From the NCBI GenBank assembly GCA_028864975.1, contig JAGWLG010000049.1, positions 1 to 14,971 on the forward strand: a stretch of 14,971 bases of DNA. The letters run 5' to 3'. Origin of the DNA: Thermoplasmata archaeon. GTDB lineage: Archaea > Thermoplasmatota > Thermoplasmata > Lutacidiplasmatales > UBA184. This document shows, piece after piece, positions 14,914 to 14,971 of this stretch. How positions within the stretch are numbered: the stretch's first letter is position 1; every line of letters starts with the position of its first letter. Position numbers and translations under genes: made by a program. A model generated the notes under the pieces. That model saw nothing but the letters and a program-made list of their open reading frames with translations, was not told the DNA's origin and ran no database searches.

Positions 14914-14971
14914 GGATGGGGTCACCTCACACCGAAGGGTCATGCGACGGTGAGGGTTATTATCCTGGGAT

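Noticed and set aside
10686-14954. 10-bp direct repeat CGACGGTGAG (10686-10695 and 14945-14954) bracketing the accessory region as possible att sites
   Set aside because: Many 10-mer matches are expected by chance in 15 kb of GC-rich DNA. It is not part of the tRNA and no integrase is visible.
1-14971. CRISPR array or cas genes
   Set aside because: No regularly spaced 24-47 bp repeats and no Cas motifs were seen.

Overview
A very GC-rich (roughly 70% by eye) archaeal window, most consistent with a Thermoplasmata-type genome. This is inferred from the archaeal RNase HII, pyruvoyl arginine decarboxylase, COG1672 ATPase, archaeal-type tRNA body and TATA-like boxes about 25 nt upstream of apparently leaderless starts. 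Positions 1-10270 are mostly housekeeping genes: rnhB, an SCP2 protein, a membrane glycoprotein, pdaD, an Lrp regulator, a hexulose-phosphate isomerase homolog, a degenerate endonuclease IV homolog with a Lys/Pro tail, pcm and rlmE. Two defence-like cassettes are interspersed: an AbiEi antitoxin with an internally deleted AbiEii toxin, and a COG1672 ATPase behind an AT-rich palindrome. After an atypical tRNA-like gene (10553-10664) with an unresolvable anticodon loop comes an accessory region. It holds a lower-GC secreted protein gene and a complete 2850-bp element (12064-14913) encoding only a Tn3-family DDE transposase. That element has 32-bp terminal inverted repeats starting GGCC rather than GGGG, an apparent 4-bp target duplication (GGAT) and no resolvase. 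The Tn3-like IS and the odd tRNA are the strongest candidates for something undescribed.
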